The notes under the pieces were generated by a model. That model did not search any database and was not told the DNA's origin. It saw nothing but the letters and a program-made list of their open reading frames with translations. A stretch of 51,311 nt of DNA, filler included, from Sphacelaria rigidula (lineage: Eukaryota), in NCBI GenBank assembly GCA_964200075.2. It is 3 parts of 3 records of this genome, joined end to end, with 100 filler letters (N's around TTAATTAATTAA, not from the genome) between each part and the next. Parts side by side here need not be neighbours in the genome. Positions count along the whole stretch, not along the records: positions 17,144 to 34,180 come from CAXNAA020001181.1; positions 34,281 to 51,311 come from CAXNAA020001182.1; 1 more part is not named here. One strand, written 5' to 3'. Position numbers and translations under genes: made by a program. Shown here one piece after another: positions 23,349-34,904 of the stretch (its first letter is position 1; each line of letters opens with the position of its first letter).

Positions 23349-23708
23349 TGCCATGCCATCTATTCTGGACACTAGTTTTTTCGGTACACCTGGGCGCATC
23401 AACCAGAGTCACACAGGAGGAAGGTCAACACAGGAGTTTTCCACCGTGTATTTTGTTTGAGAATCATACCTCCCTTCTGCGATGCTTGTCTTATCAAAGT
23501 TTTTACCGCGAAGAAGATTCAGCGACCCCTCTCCTTTGTCGACCATGAGGTCGAACTTTGTGTACTCACGACATGGTCGCTCTCCACTACCGTTGGGCGT
23601 GATGCGAGAAAAATCCCAGATCGTGCGACTTCATCGGGATCCGAACCCACCACGTCCCAACCGTAAGAAGGTTTCGAGGAAACCAACTGGACCACCTGGG
23701 CGAACGGC
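23320..23708 (-). mobile_element. tRNA-derived SINE, near full length, with (CA)n tail
   Basis: The minus strand begins GCCGTTCGCCCAGGTGGTCCAGTTGGT (A-box-like) then GGGTTCGGATCCC (B-box-like). The 3' end runs into (CA)n at 23320-23347. Homologous pieces at 10000-10225, 34281-34328 and 51238-51311. Confidence 0.75.
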
Positions 23709-23789
23709 ATATTCCCATACCGTGGACAAACCACTTCCTCAGGCATACAGGTTCTCCTCGAGCCCGCCCCTCAATATAACCCCCCCCCC

Positions 23790-26700
23790 CAGTGTTACGC
23801 TGGCCGGCCAGGCTTCTTGAGCCCTTGTGCAACCAAGCGTCCGAACCTAATGCGCTCCCAAGCACGTGCGTCGCCGTGCTGGACAAGATTCCCCACTACG
23901 AGAAGTCGGCGCGTGCGTATGGTCTTCTCTATATACCTGCATCTGGCGATCTGGAGAACAGCTCTGTATGAAAGAGTCTTGCGTACGCCGCGATCCCTCC
24001 TGCAGAATCCAGCTGCTCGCAGAAAACGATCGTGATGGACATCGCGCAGGCTGTCCAAGTCCTCTGGGGGCAGCGTTCACGCATCACACTCGTACAGCAT
24101 AGTGCTCATCACCTCTGCTCTGAGCGACCGGGATTTGAGCGATAGCTGGGCACCAGGTCGCTCGAAGGGTGGGATATCGTAGTCGTTTCTGAGGAGTGCT
24201 CACGCAGTGATGATGCGGGGCTTACTTTCAGTGCAACCATTCGCGTCCAAGTTGACGCCACCAGGGTACTGTAGATAGAGTCGGTCGTCCGCATGTAACG
24301 TTGGCCTGCCAGCTGTACGTGCAGCGCTGTCTCTGTGGAGGTCGGTACTGACCAACGACGCATGAGCTCCATCTTCTTCTCCAAAATCGTTGTCCGAACT
24401 CCTGGCAGACCATCCTCGTCACAGTCTTCGTTGTACCAGGCCCACCCGTGGAAAATCAAGAGTACCCCTGAGCCATCCGTGTACAGCATCTTCCGCATCG
24501 CGCGCTGCACCCTCCTCAGCGGGGTTCCTTGAATTTGGTTACAATCCGCACTTTCTAGCGCATCATCTAGACACACCAAGCCTGAGACGGTGACCGGGTC
24601 TGCTGCCACACGCTGTAACATACGTCAACAACTGTTGCGCCGAAGATGCTCGACAGTAGCGAAGCGCATCTCTGCCGGAGTCCTTGGTAGACCTGGAACC
24701 ACTCTCGCCGTTCGCCATCACGCATGTGCATCCGAGCTCGCATGCCATCGAGGAACACGTGAATGACCTTGATCATTCGCGGTGCGACTCCAAAACGGGC
24801 AAGCAGTTCCGCATGCGGTCTACGGAGTCGTACGCCTGCTGCAGGTCGATGCAGCGCATGCTCAGCGGGGATATTGCCCACCCGTACTATATCCTGCACT
24901 CGCAGTACTACGAGCATCATGTCGGTGGTCTGTCATTGGGACGGGAGTCCCCACTATCCTTCCCTGGGAAGCAAGACTTCCTCGTGAAGTAGTAGCGAGG
25001 CTACTGGCTACAGTTGTGAGAAGAATTTTCTCGGCGTATGCCACGATGGAGACACCCCTATAGGTAGTACCACACTTCGCCCTACCCTTCTGTCGCAGCG
25101 GTATCCCTCCGCTCCCGTGGCACCTCGCTAGACGTCCGAATAGCGGCGATGATGCTATGGAAGCGGTGTGGAATGTGGAAGACTCCACGATCAATCCAAG
25201 CTTGAGGACTTCAGTATGTGGCTCATCCGGTCCCAACGCCTTACCGTCAACCACAGCTGTTAGTGCCTCTTCTCCTTCATCAAACGTTGGTGGATCACGC
25301 AGCAGAAAAGTGATCCGGGGTGGTGTGAAATTCTTGAAAGCGGTCGGATCGAGGGTTGCCGGTGTTGTATTCAGCAAAGTGTCGGTGTATCATATTGGTA
25401 GAGCAGTATCGTTTCCACCCCTCACGGACGCGATCCCTGTGCCGCAGCATGTTCGCCTCCTCGTCGTTTTAATGTACTCCGCGCTCTTAAACTCCCGTCC
25501 GGCTGATTTCCATCTCCCTTTTAGATGCCTGTACATGCCTCTCACGTCCCATTTGTATTGTACTCCTCCAGTTTCCTCTCATGCACACCCGGGTGGTCGT
25601 CCAACACAGCTTCGATCACCCCCTCCAGCATCCTGCCGGCTTCTATCAAGGTGCCCCATGCGGCACTATCTCTCAGCCCTAGACACATCACCGACTTCGC
25701 CCTTACCCACTCTTTCTCATCCTCTCCGAACCTGGCCTAGGTCGCAGCATCCTCGAGCCACCCTTATTCATAGGGCTGTCGGATCGGACATGGCATCACC
25801 ATCTCAGCAGATCTCGAGGTTACATGGGCAAATTTCAGGGGCAGAGTCACATATGCTACCCAGCTTGAGCTCGTTAACGATAAGCGGTGTGAGTCGCTCA
25901 CATCTGTCGATGCCAGACGTTGCTGTTTATCTGTTCTTGGATCTGCGCCAGGTGGGGGTTCGCTGATGTCTGTTGCGTGCGAATCGATTAAAGAGTTCCA
26001 CTGTTGCGCACACGATGTTACCATCTGACACCGGCGAATTGGGCGTTGACAAATGCACAGCGACATTTCGAGGAAGCGGGTGGTGGCCTTGCCATATGGT
26101 AATGTTGTCCACACGCTCCTCGTCCGCCGGATGTCTCGCAATACCATTGAAATGTGAGCGGTTTTCGGGGGTATTGACAAGGGCAAGCCTGTTGTCACAT
26201 GCAAGTCGTAGCAATGCAGTGTCATCGCTGTCGCTGCCCCAGGAGTCCCCATGGTATACCCCCAACTCTTTCACGATCCCCCTAGTGCGCCCCTCTTTCA
26301 GTCCCACCACTAGTGATGATCGAAACAAACCGGTGGTCCTTCGTGGGAACGCGGTCCCCACCGCTATCTAACTCCGTTCGGAAGATGCCATTGCCTTCTC
26401 TCACCTAGGCGTGGCTGTGGCTCAGGCAACCACAATCGTGGCAGCGTTTGATCTGCCCGCTAGGTTAAAGGTCCATTGACATGAGGCATTCGCTGAAAAA
26501 CGCCTGTGTTTACGTGGCCTTATCGATGACCGACGCCTTGACCGCCAACCCAGCCCCATGTTGTCCAGCTCTTCCCTCGTCCTCTTCCGCCCTGCAGGAG
26601 AAGAGACGGTATCCCGCGACGGTAAACTTGATTCTGCCCAGTCGACGGGTTTTCCTGCAAGCCGATACTGTTACAGCTGGCCACTTTGCGCTTTTTCAAA

Positions 26701-27250
26701 ACCACCTCTGCACGACCAACCCTGTTCCTTCTCGTGAGGAACGATGTACGTACGTTGTAGATCGTCAGAGTGAGTTACCTCCGCGATGCCTGGCCCTAGC
26801 CCCACTGCAGCGACATGCTTTACTTATTATCTTGTGTCCCTCTCCCTCCAATCTTGAATCTGTAATCTTCAATGCGATTGTTTTCCTCACCGTTCAGAAT
26901 TTCTGTGTGTTCATCTATCCAAGCACATGCCTTGCGATTTGGTCGCGCGGGGAAGGTGCAGCCGCCCTAGCCTGCGCCGACCATCACCTCCAGTTCAGGA
27001 TATCCTGGCACCTACTCCGGGCACCTACTCCCCCGTGTTTCATCTCCGTCGGGTTGTTTCCCTCGACAGTGACCAGGAGCTGGGTAGAACTCTTCAGCCA
27101 CAGGATTGAACTTCGAGCTCAACACTGTCGACTTTCCATTCGCGAGTGCGTAGGCTGCATCACCACCGAGCTAGTGCTCCGACTGCCCTAGAGGTCATGC
27201 CCTTTTTCCTCTACGCACATGGCCGTGTCGTCAATTTGCTGACTGGGTTC
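23790..27250 (-). mobile_element. Decayed RTE-type non-LTR retrotransposon (APE endonuclease + reverse transcriptase, frameshifted)
   Basis: Fragments in the expected order on the minus strand: SCNSIGLQE (APE GLQE, ~26660), KALGPDEPHTEVLK, YRGVSIVAYAEKIL, LARFGVAPRMIKVI...QGLRQRC, MLYTDG (degenerate YADD), and IEKTIRTRRL...FGRLVAQGLKKPGRP (RTE C-terminus). Boundaries are approximate. Confidence 0.88.
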
Positions 27251-29366
27251 GGTTCACATGACGAAGCTATCCCCAGTCGGCCGGCGGTCGGGGGGTGAAG
27301 GTTGCGACTCTTGTTTTCCTCGTACTTTCAACTTCTCCCCTTCCTTGGGATGAGTGATTACTAGTCATAACGGACCAATCGACTCATCTCTCCGCCGGTA
27401 CAGTAAACGCCTCGCATTTTGGTGTCGCGGATTGGATTATGACCATCAGCACTTCCACACCGCGCCGACTCTCGTCAAACACACTCTTTTTGCTATGCAG
27501 GTTCTCGCGTTTCCAACGTCAGAAATCATACAAGTTGAAAACAAAATCCTCGGATTAATGCATCTTCGGGGAATCAAATCCGCATTTTCCCGACCAGGTG
27601 ATGTGAGTTGCACTATTTTACTTTATACCGCTGGGGCGCGGCGAGAACTCTGCTATCCTGCTATCCGGAATCCACAGCACTAGGCGAAAGCCTCTCGACC
27701 ACACGATCTGGGGGACGGAGACATCTACTGGAGAGTCAAATGTATCCGCGACCGGTCGTGAAGTGTCCGTTTTCTACCATCCAACAAACGACTACGAATA
27801 TTGACCGTACAGTCAGAGTCATTCCGTCAGAAGCGGAACGAAACAAGGAACGTACAAGTTTTGTCTGAAAGAGTCAACTTCGGACTGAAACTAAAAGGGC
27901 TTCGACCGTCATCTCGCGCGGAAATTTTAGCTCGATATAAGAAAAAAAGTTGGACCTACCGGCAGGGGTAATGAACCCAATCCGTCGAAAAAACAACTTC
28001 GCGGTGAAGAAGAACTGCTCCTGGCGTGTACTTATATCTACTGTATTCATCAACCATTTTCTCTTCTGCCGCGGGTATTGAAGTATTCCTGAAACTGTTT
28101 TCTTTCTCCTCAGATTCCGACACATGCAAAAGTGAGTTTAACGCGCATTAATGGTGACAATGAACGAGCCAACGTTGTCCACGAACTCCGTGTCAACCCT
28201 CTTAGCAGCCGGGCCTTTGATTGCACGGTAAGAGGGTAGGTTGTCGAGCGGGGCTCAAAGTAGTCGTTTTGTGGAGAGACGACCCTTGCATAGGCGAGGC
28301 CGTTGCCGTGCATATGCCGCACGCCTTACTTCTCCATGTATAAACCGAGGAGGCAACAGTTTCCGTGTCACCACACCCAAATAGCCGCGTTGTAGCCCCG
28401 CCTGCACATCATGCTGCACATTACATGGGAATAGTTCAGCCTACGAACTAGTCAGCAAGAATGCCCAGGATGCATGGGACACAAGGGAAACGTGAGCCTT
28501 CCTCCGCGAATCATGACGAAAGGCGGTCGCATCGCCTACTGACAATTTCTCCTTCCTCTGCAAACTCTTACCCGACCGCCCATACCCGAACGTCCATCTA
28601 CGCCTACAAAAGACACCGTCGACAACTTGCGGGACGTTATCAGCGGACAAAATCTCGAAAGAGGAAGCATGGTCTTCCATGGGTTTGATTGGTTTGCTCT
28701 GACGCTATGTTATCTCAATCGCTTCGCCCATTTCTCTGTCTGTGGCATGTTTTCATGCATTTTCAAAACAGATTATTCACGTTTTGGTGGAGAAATGTCT
28801 CCCACGAATTGTTCAGCAAGCGATGGTGCGTATGAATTCACATACAAATTTTGCAGCATAAACATATGGTTCTGAGCTGTGGCCAACATCTGGCGGTTCG
28901 GCATAATGCCACAGCAGCCAAATCCAACACGTTTCAATATCAGGCGTCCATATCTAGCAAATGGTTGCGGGTCTAAAATTACCAAAACGTAAGGATTCTG
29001 CGCGTTGTTCCGCGCCTGTCGAGGTACAGTGGCTGGTTTTGCCTGCTGATTCTGGTAAGTGGGTTGTCGAACGATTCGCAAACCTTGACACGAGATTTTC
29101 GAGTGTTTTCGTGTATATTCGACACGAACGCAGGACGTCTTGCTAGCGTCGCAAAAGACATCCGTCGCCTAATGGCTGCAATTCGCATATCTCCACACAA
29201 AACCACCGATGTCTTGAATCTATTCGTGTGCATCTCACTCCTTGCCTCCCCCCGAATGGAGCATCGTGCTTTGAAACACGGCGCTCTGATTGTACGAGGG
29301 GGAACGGGGCTTACGGAGGGAAAAAAGCTAAAAAAAAAACAAGGTTATATTTTATCTCCATACTGA

Positions 29367-31046
29367 AAAATATTTCAGCAACAGCCTAGAAAAGGTATAC
29401 CTTCTCGTACGTTGCCTATGAAAGGTACGAAAAATGACCAGTAGCGCAAAAATAGCAAAACATACAATCTAGACCGATTTCGCTCCGAAATTTTCATGCA
29501 CAGCAATCGCGGGGCTCCTCGGGACCCGAACCTCGTAAACAAAACAAAGCAAAACATGTCACTCGCGAGATATGGCCATGTGTACAAGGATCTCTCGCCT
29601 CCAGAAGCCACGTCCCCTTTCTAGGCCAAATTTCGGCCAGGTATACCTGATCTCGGAATTCTTCTTCAACCGTACCTTATCTGGGCGACCAGTCGGCCCG
29701 GAAAGTACCTGTCCTAGGTCATCGCTTCCCACACTGTACCTGTCGCGGCACACTACGCGCAAGGAAATCCACGCGCCAACTCCAACTGTTGCGTCCACAC
29801 ATTCGGCTTTTTTCTCGCCGCATTTGTCGTTCACGAACGGCACAACGATCACACCCCTTTCTCCCGGGAATAGTTCCCGAGTCTCTCCGCGTCCACTCAA
29901 GAACTGGAATCACAACTCACAACGCGTCGGTCTTTTGCGCTTCCGGAGTGTTGGTGTTATGTAACATCGTACCCGTTGCGATCTGGGGTTGGTATCAGCG
30001 TGCCGTCAGCGTGCCGTCAGCGTGCCGTCAGCAGGAACAGTGATGACATAATCGATGCTTGGTACAAGGAGCGGATAAGAACCGCCACGCATATCTAAAT
30101 CTAGGGATAGGGACAGCACAGTCATAGCGTGTAGCCCCAAAGAGCAACTTGCAAACACAAAAACAGCCCCGACACTAGACATGAAGCTGAGGACATTATC
30201 TGAACTTCTCACTCGTCGTTGGTAATTGTCACGCACGATCGAAGTAGATGATGCTTGCGTGTGTGTTTCTGTTGGGCGCATGTCGCTCTTTGGGGCTACA
30301 CGCTATGACTGTGCTGTCCCTATCCCTAGATTTAGATATGCGTGGCGGTTCTTATCCGCTCCTTGTACCAAGCATCGATTGTGTCATCACCGTTCCTGCT
30401 GACGGCACGCTGACGGTACGCTGATACCAACCCCAGATCGCAACGGGTACGATGTTACATAACACCAACACTCCAGAAGCGCAAAAGATCGACGCGTTGT
30501 TAGTTGTGAGTCCAGTTCTTGTGTGAAACTCGGGAACTATTCCCGGGGAGAAAGGGGTGTGATCGTTGTGCCGTTCGTGAACGGCAAATGCGGCGAGAAA
30601 AAAGCCGAATGTGTGGACGCAACAGCTGGAGTTGGCGCGTGGATTTCCTTGCGCGTAGCGTGCCGCAACAGGTACAGTGTGGGAAGCGATGGCCCAGGAC
30701 AGGTACTTTCTGGGTCGCCTGGTCGCCCAGATAAGATACGAGTGAAAAATAGTCCCTAGACCAGGTACACCTGGCCGAAATTTGGCCTAGAAAGGGGGAG
30801 TGGCTTCTGGAGGCGAGACGTCCTTGTACACATGGCCATATCTCGCGAGTAACATGTTCTGCTTTGTTTTGTTGTCGAGGCCCGGGTCCCGAGGAGCCCC
30901 ACGATTGCTGTGCGTGAAAATTTCGGAGCGAAAATCGGTCTAGATTGTGTGCTATGCTACTTTCGCGTTACTGGTCATTTTTCGTACCTTTCGCAGGCAA
31001 CGCACGAGAAGGTATACCTTTTCCAGGCTATTGCTCACAATATTTT
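29367..31046. repeat. ~1.7 kb long inverted repeat (arms ~29367-30145 and ~30285-31046, loop ~140 nt) in the RGS intron
   Basis: 30040-30145 pairs with 30285-30390 almost perfectly. The outer AAAAGGTATACCTTCTCG pairs with CGAGAAGGTATACCTTTT. Confidence 0.93.
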
Positions 31047-31223
31047 CCCCTGCTCACTTTTACCGATCGCCGCAGTAGGCAAATTAACTGCAAAGACTTC
31101 AGCAGGGGTTCGGAATCAGCCTGCCCGTAGCCCCATCCGATCGAATCACGACAACCCTAGAGAGGTCTTCCGGTCGCCGTGGGGGGTGAATGTCCCGGTG
31201 CTTGCGCATCGGGGATGACACAC

Positions 31224-31298
31224 CTCTCGGAAGGCCTTGGTGAACGGCTCTCGCTTATCCTCTTCCGAGCTGGCCACCCACGTCGAGAAATCGAGCAA
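31224..31298 (-). CDS. RGS-domain gene exon
   Basis: CGCAG acceptor, GTGTGT donor, 75 nt, phase 0. Encodes LLDFSTWVASSEEDKREPFTKAFRE (F-x-x-A-x-x-E of RGS). Confidence 0.85.
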
Positions 31299-31424
31299 CT
31301 GCGTTTGTTTGTTTGTGTGGAGCAGGACCAAGAAACAAGGTACAAGCGAACAAACGACAAAAGCTTGGCAGGCATCGTGTGCTCGTCAAGCCGCTTCACA
31401 TCGCAAACAAACAAAATATGAACT

Positions 31425-31830
31425 GGAAAACTGCTTTTTTGGTCGTTCTTCTGCGTCGATTTCCGCCCCGAAAGAGGGCTAGGCGAATTTTGATAACTTC
31501 TAATGCCTTGCTATACTCGTTGGGACGGATCTAGGACACACATGATTTTTCCGGTGTCCGTCTCTTTTCTCCCCAAACTTGCATTTTCTAGGACAAACAG
31601 CCAAGTCCAGGAAAAAACAGCAAAACAAAAGAGGGTACCTTTTTCTGGACTTTACCGTTTGTCCAAGAAGAAGCAAGTTCGAAATAAAAAAAAACGCGGC
31701 CACAGGAAAACGCAAAGGTGTCCTAGAACCGTCTCAACGAGTATAGCAAGGCATTCCAAGGTGTCAACATCCTCCTAGCCCTCTTTGAGAGCGTAAAGCG
31801 ACGCAGAAGGGCCAAAAAAAGCGTTTTCAA
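31425..31830. mobile_element. ~400 bp foldback MITE
   Basis: AATGCCTTGCTATACTCGTTG (~31502) pairs with CAACGAGTATAGCAAGGCATT (~31735), and AAAGAGGGCTAG pairs with CTAGCCCTCTTT. Centre ~31636. Confidence 0.85.
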
Positions 31831-32055
31831 CGATATATATACATGTATATACATGTGTATTTGTTCGCCATAAGAAGGGTTTTCAGGGGTACATAAACGT
31901 TTACATAATATGCTCCGCTCAACGGAAATGATCCGATGAAGGCGATAGAGTAAGGGGGTAGGTATCCGATCCTCGAAATTATAGACGATAGTGACGAAAG
32001 GTGCGGGGAAATCATGGGTTGAATTTTAGATTAGACCATCGACTTGTCCCGAGAA

Positions 32056-32351
32056 GGGTGGGGGGTGTACTTATGATCTTCCATGGTGTAGTCATAAGAC
32101 GATAGACCACGCATCCCTACAGAGCCGGGACCGAGCACGTCGGGTTTTCGCTAGAGCATGCTCGCAATCACCAACCGCGGAGAGCCGTGATGTTCCCGGC
32201 GAGTCGTGAGCTGCATCCAACTGAGATTGTTCGGTCCGAAGCCTATTGGTGATCTTGCATACGGATCACGGTCTCAAAGGAGTTGCTTCATTTTCTGGTA
32301 TCGTCACCTCCAGAGACAGCCACAGGTTATGCACTGCCTCATGCATGTCTC
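32056..32351 (-). mobile_element. Full-length ~295-nt poly(C)-tailed SINE-like element, copy A
   Basis: Colinear with 33023-33327, with the same 5' boundary (ATGTCTC on the + strand) and a G-run at the 3' end on the + strand. Confidence 0.8.
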
Positions 32352-32352
32352 T

Positions 32353-33020
32353 GGGGGCAGGCGGGGGGGGGTACTCATTTGTTGCTTGCCTTAGTCGTTT
32401 GGCCATTGACCACGCATCCCTTTCGAGACGGAGCACCGTTCCTACTCCTAATAGAGACCTCTCTAACATTTCGGCGCTCATTATGTTTCTTCCATGCATT
32501 ACACAAAAACGTTTACATTTATTTTCCCCGTCCCGTTCCGCCGTCTTTGGCCACCATCTATCTCCTAGCCATCGTTTCCTCCCTACTGTCTAATGCGTCA
32601 AACGATTTCATGCCACCTTCGTTCACGTCCCGCATTTCCCCCTCTAGCACGTTCCTCCTTATATAGTTCACATTCTTCCACTATATGACTTCTGCTCTCT
32701 ATTGCTTTGCCACAGAGGCAGTTTTGTCCATCTACTTCCTCCTTTTGACGACTGATATATCTTTTTCTTCTTTCTGGCAGGTCTAGGTCCCGCACCCGAA
32801 ATCGCAGTTTTATTTTTTTTGGCGCGTCCATTGGGCCATGCAAGTATGGTTTCATTCATATCTCCTCTCGCAACCCCGTGTATATCTCCAGGTGTTTTTC
32901 CTTGTTTACTTTGCGTGTGAGCGCTCCTTTTCCCCTTATTTCTATGATGTCTCTTATATTTTTGTCTTGTACCCCGCGCCTTCACCTATGGATAGTATTT
33001 CGTCTTGGTTTCTTGGTTTC
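32353..33020 (-). mobile_element. 5'-truncated, decayed LINE: ORF2 C-terminus with CCHC-type zinc motif and poly(C) tail
   Basis: Encodes KPYLHGPMDAPKKIKLRFRVRDLDLPERRKRY...CLCGKAIESRSHIVEECELYKEER (C-x-C-x8-H-x4-C). The 3' end is ...GACTAAGGCAAGCAACAAATGAGTAC(C)n. Confidence 0.8.
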
Positions 33021-33022
33021 TC

Positions 33023-33327
33023 GGGGATGGGTGGGAGTACTCATGACCTTGCAAGCCCTAGTCATAAGACCGTTGACCTCGGACCCCTACAAAGCCGGCA
33101 CGGAGCACGCCGGGTTCTCGCCGGACTAGGCTCGCACTCAATCACCAAGCGCAAAGCGTGGTGATGTGGTCGGCAAGTCGCATGAAGGGTGACCTGCTAA
33201 GATTGTTCGGCCCGAAGCCTACTGATTATCTTGCATATGGATGACAGCCTACAATGAGTTGCTTTATTTTCTGGTATCGCCACTTCCAGAGACAGCTACG
33301 GGTTCCACAATGCCTCATGGATGTCTC
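33023..33327 (-). mobile_element. Full-length poly(C)-tailed SINE-like element, copy B
   Basis: Homologous to 32056-32351, 1-191 and 17144-17317. Confidence 0.8.
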
Positions 33328-33601
33328 ACCATATACACAGTACGTAGTAGGATCATCTCCTTTGCGCGGAGGTCAGGGTTCCACCCCGCACAATATGATT
33401 TAGCTCCAACATCATGATGGTTACCACAAACAAAACCCAAGCGCGCAAAACAAAGCGGTAACCCGACTGCCTAGCTTCCGCAATGAGTAGTGTGTTTCAG
33501 AGCGTCGTTTCTAACCAACACCAACCCTCCGGAGAGGGGGGAAGCGTGGGTGGGGTACACGGCTCAATAAGCAAACGAGATAAGTCATGCGTGAATCTCA
33601 C

Positions 33602-33706
33602 CTTGAAAGCCGCGTTTTTTGCGTCCGCGCTCACGTTCACCTCATCTCTGCCGCCTGGCGTGAAGTGCTCGACCAAAATGCCCAAGTACGCAGAATATCT
33701 CCTGAC
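33602..33706 (-). CDS. RGS-domain gene exon (central EVN-V-S motif)
   Basis: ATCAG acceptor, GTGAGA donor, 105 nt, phase 0. Encodes VRRYSAYLGILVEHFTPGGRDEVNVSADAKNAAFK, which resembles the RGS I-x-x-x-F-x-x-x-G-x-x-x-E-V-N-I-S segment. Confidence 0.85.
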
Positions 33707-34116
33707 CTGATAGCTGCGGAAGAAAGGAAAGACCGCACGAACTCTCTATTTCGCGTAAGCATTCATGATACAACAGGAACATGTTTGTTTTCGTTCTATC
33801 AACGTTGTTACGCTTGTTTGGTACCCATGTCTTGTACCCATGTGTTAGGGGTCATATGAATGGACTTTCACGCAGTATGCATGCATGGACTGTGTGGTAG
33901 GAAAGTTTGCTGAGAGAAACGGGCATAATGCCTGCATCCGCAATGGCTGCCGGCAGGGTCTGTAGCCTGCGATACCCTTTTTTCGAACCTGGTGAAACAC
34001 GTGTGTATTATACTGACCCGTGTACCCCCTGCAAAATACACACACATATATATATGTGTGTGTATGCAAAAAGCTGATGTACGCTGCGATTGCCTCAGGA
34101 GTGATGCTACGATAGG

Positions 34117-34160
34117 GGGGGGGCGTACTTATTTGTTGCTTGCCTTAGTCGTGTGACCAT
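34117..34160 (-). mobile_element. ~36-nt LINE 3'-end insertion with poly(C) tail and 12-bp TSD
   Basis: TGCTACGATAGG at 34105-34116 and 34161-34172 flanks (G)n-CGTACTTATTTGTTGCTTGCCTTAGTCGTGTGACCAT. Confidence 0.85.
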
Positions 34161-34180
34161 TGCTACGATAGGTGGGGGGG

Positions 34181-34280
34181 NNNNNNNNNNNNNNNNNNNN
34201 NNNNNNNNNNNNNNNNNNNNNNNNTTAATTAATTAANNNNNNNNNNNNNNNNNNNNNNNNNNNNNNNNNNNNNNNNNNNN
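34181..34280. other. Assembly gap: 44 N + TTAATTAATTAA + 44 N
   Basis: Same placeholder as 17044-17143. Confidence 0.97.
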
Positions 34281-34328
34281 CCATCAGAAGGTTACGAGGT
34301 TACCAACTGAGCCACCGGGGCGACCGGC
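34281..34328 (-). mobile_element. 5' head of the tRNA-derived SINE, running into the gap
   Basis: Minus strand reads GCCGGTCGCCCCGGTGGCTCAGTTGGTAACCTCGTAACCTTCTGATGG, containing the A-box TGGCTCAGTTGG. Confidence 0.75.
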
Positions 34329-34904
34329 TACAGCACTCTGTGGCGTAAAATACAGTATAGTAAAAACAGTGCAGAACGTCTCAGCGAAAATTGAACCGCA
34401 ACCGGCACACAAGTTACAACGACATGGAGACGAGAAGTACGATATGACCACGTACGCTGCGGTCCATACGAACGACAGCACTGGATACCCACCGGTGAAC
34501 GATCGTGCGCAGCAGGTACTGTTGCTGTAACTGTGTAGCACCTTGCAATACCCAGCAGGGCAGGGCACGGGACTGTTGCACTCTGCTCACTCTTCGTAGT
34601 ACACATGTCTTGAACACAAGGGGTACATTGATCGTTACTGTTGTTGTTGTCCTATCCCTACCGTGCTCGTAGAACCTCTGACTGTCAATATCGTTAGATT
34701 TACGTATTCTGTGCTGCACCACACGAAACTGTAAATTGTGCCGCTTTTTGCAATAAATTATAATTCTTTTATTTTGTCCACTACCTGGATACAGGGGAGA
34801 GAAGGGCGCGCACATTTTCTTTCTGTGTCTTGTGTACCTATGAACAGTCAAGCAAAGCACACTCTTTGACAAATACCAGCAGGAACATACACCTCAAACC
34901 TTAC

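Noticed and set aside
23620-23708. tRNA gene candidate (A/B boxes)
   Set aside because: No complete cloverleaf, and it is attached to a multi-copy body with a (CA)n tail, so it is a SINE head.
24684-27191. Plus-strand ORFs of 102-269 aa
   Set aside because: Antisense shadows of the decayed RTE LINE on the minus strand.
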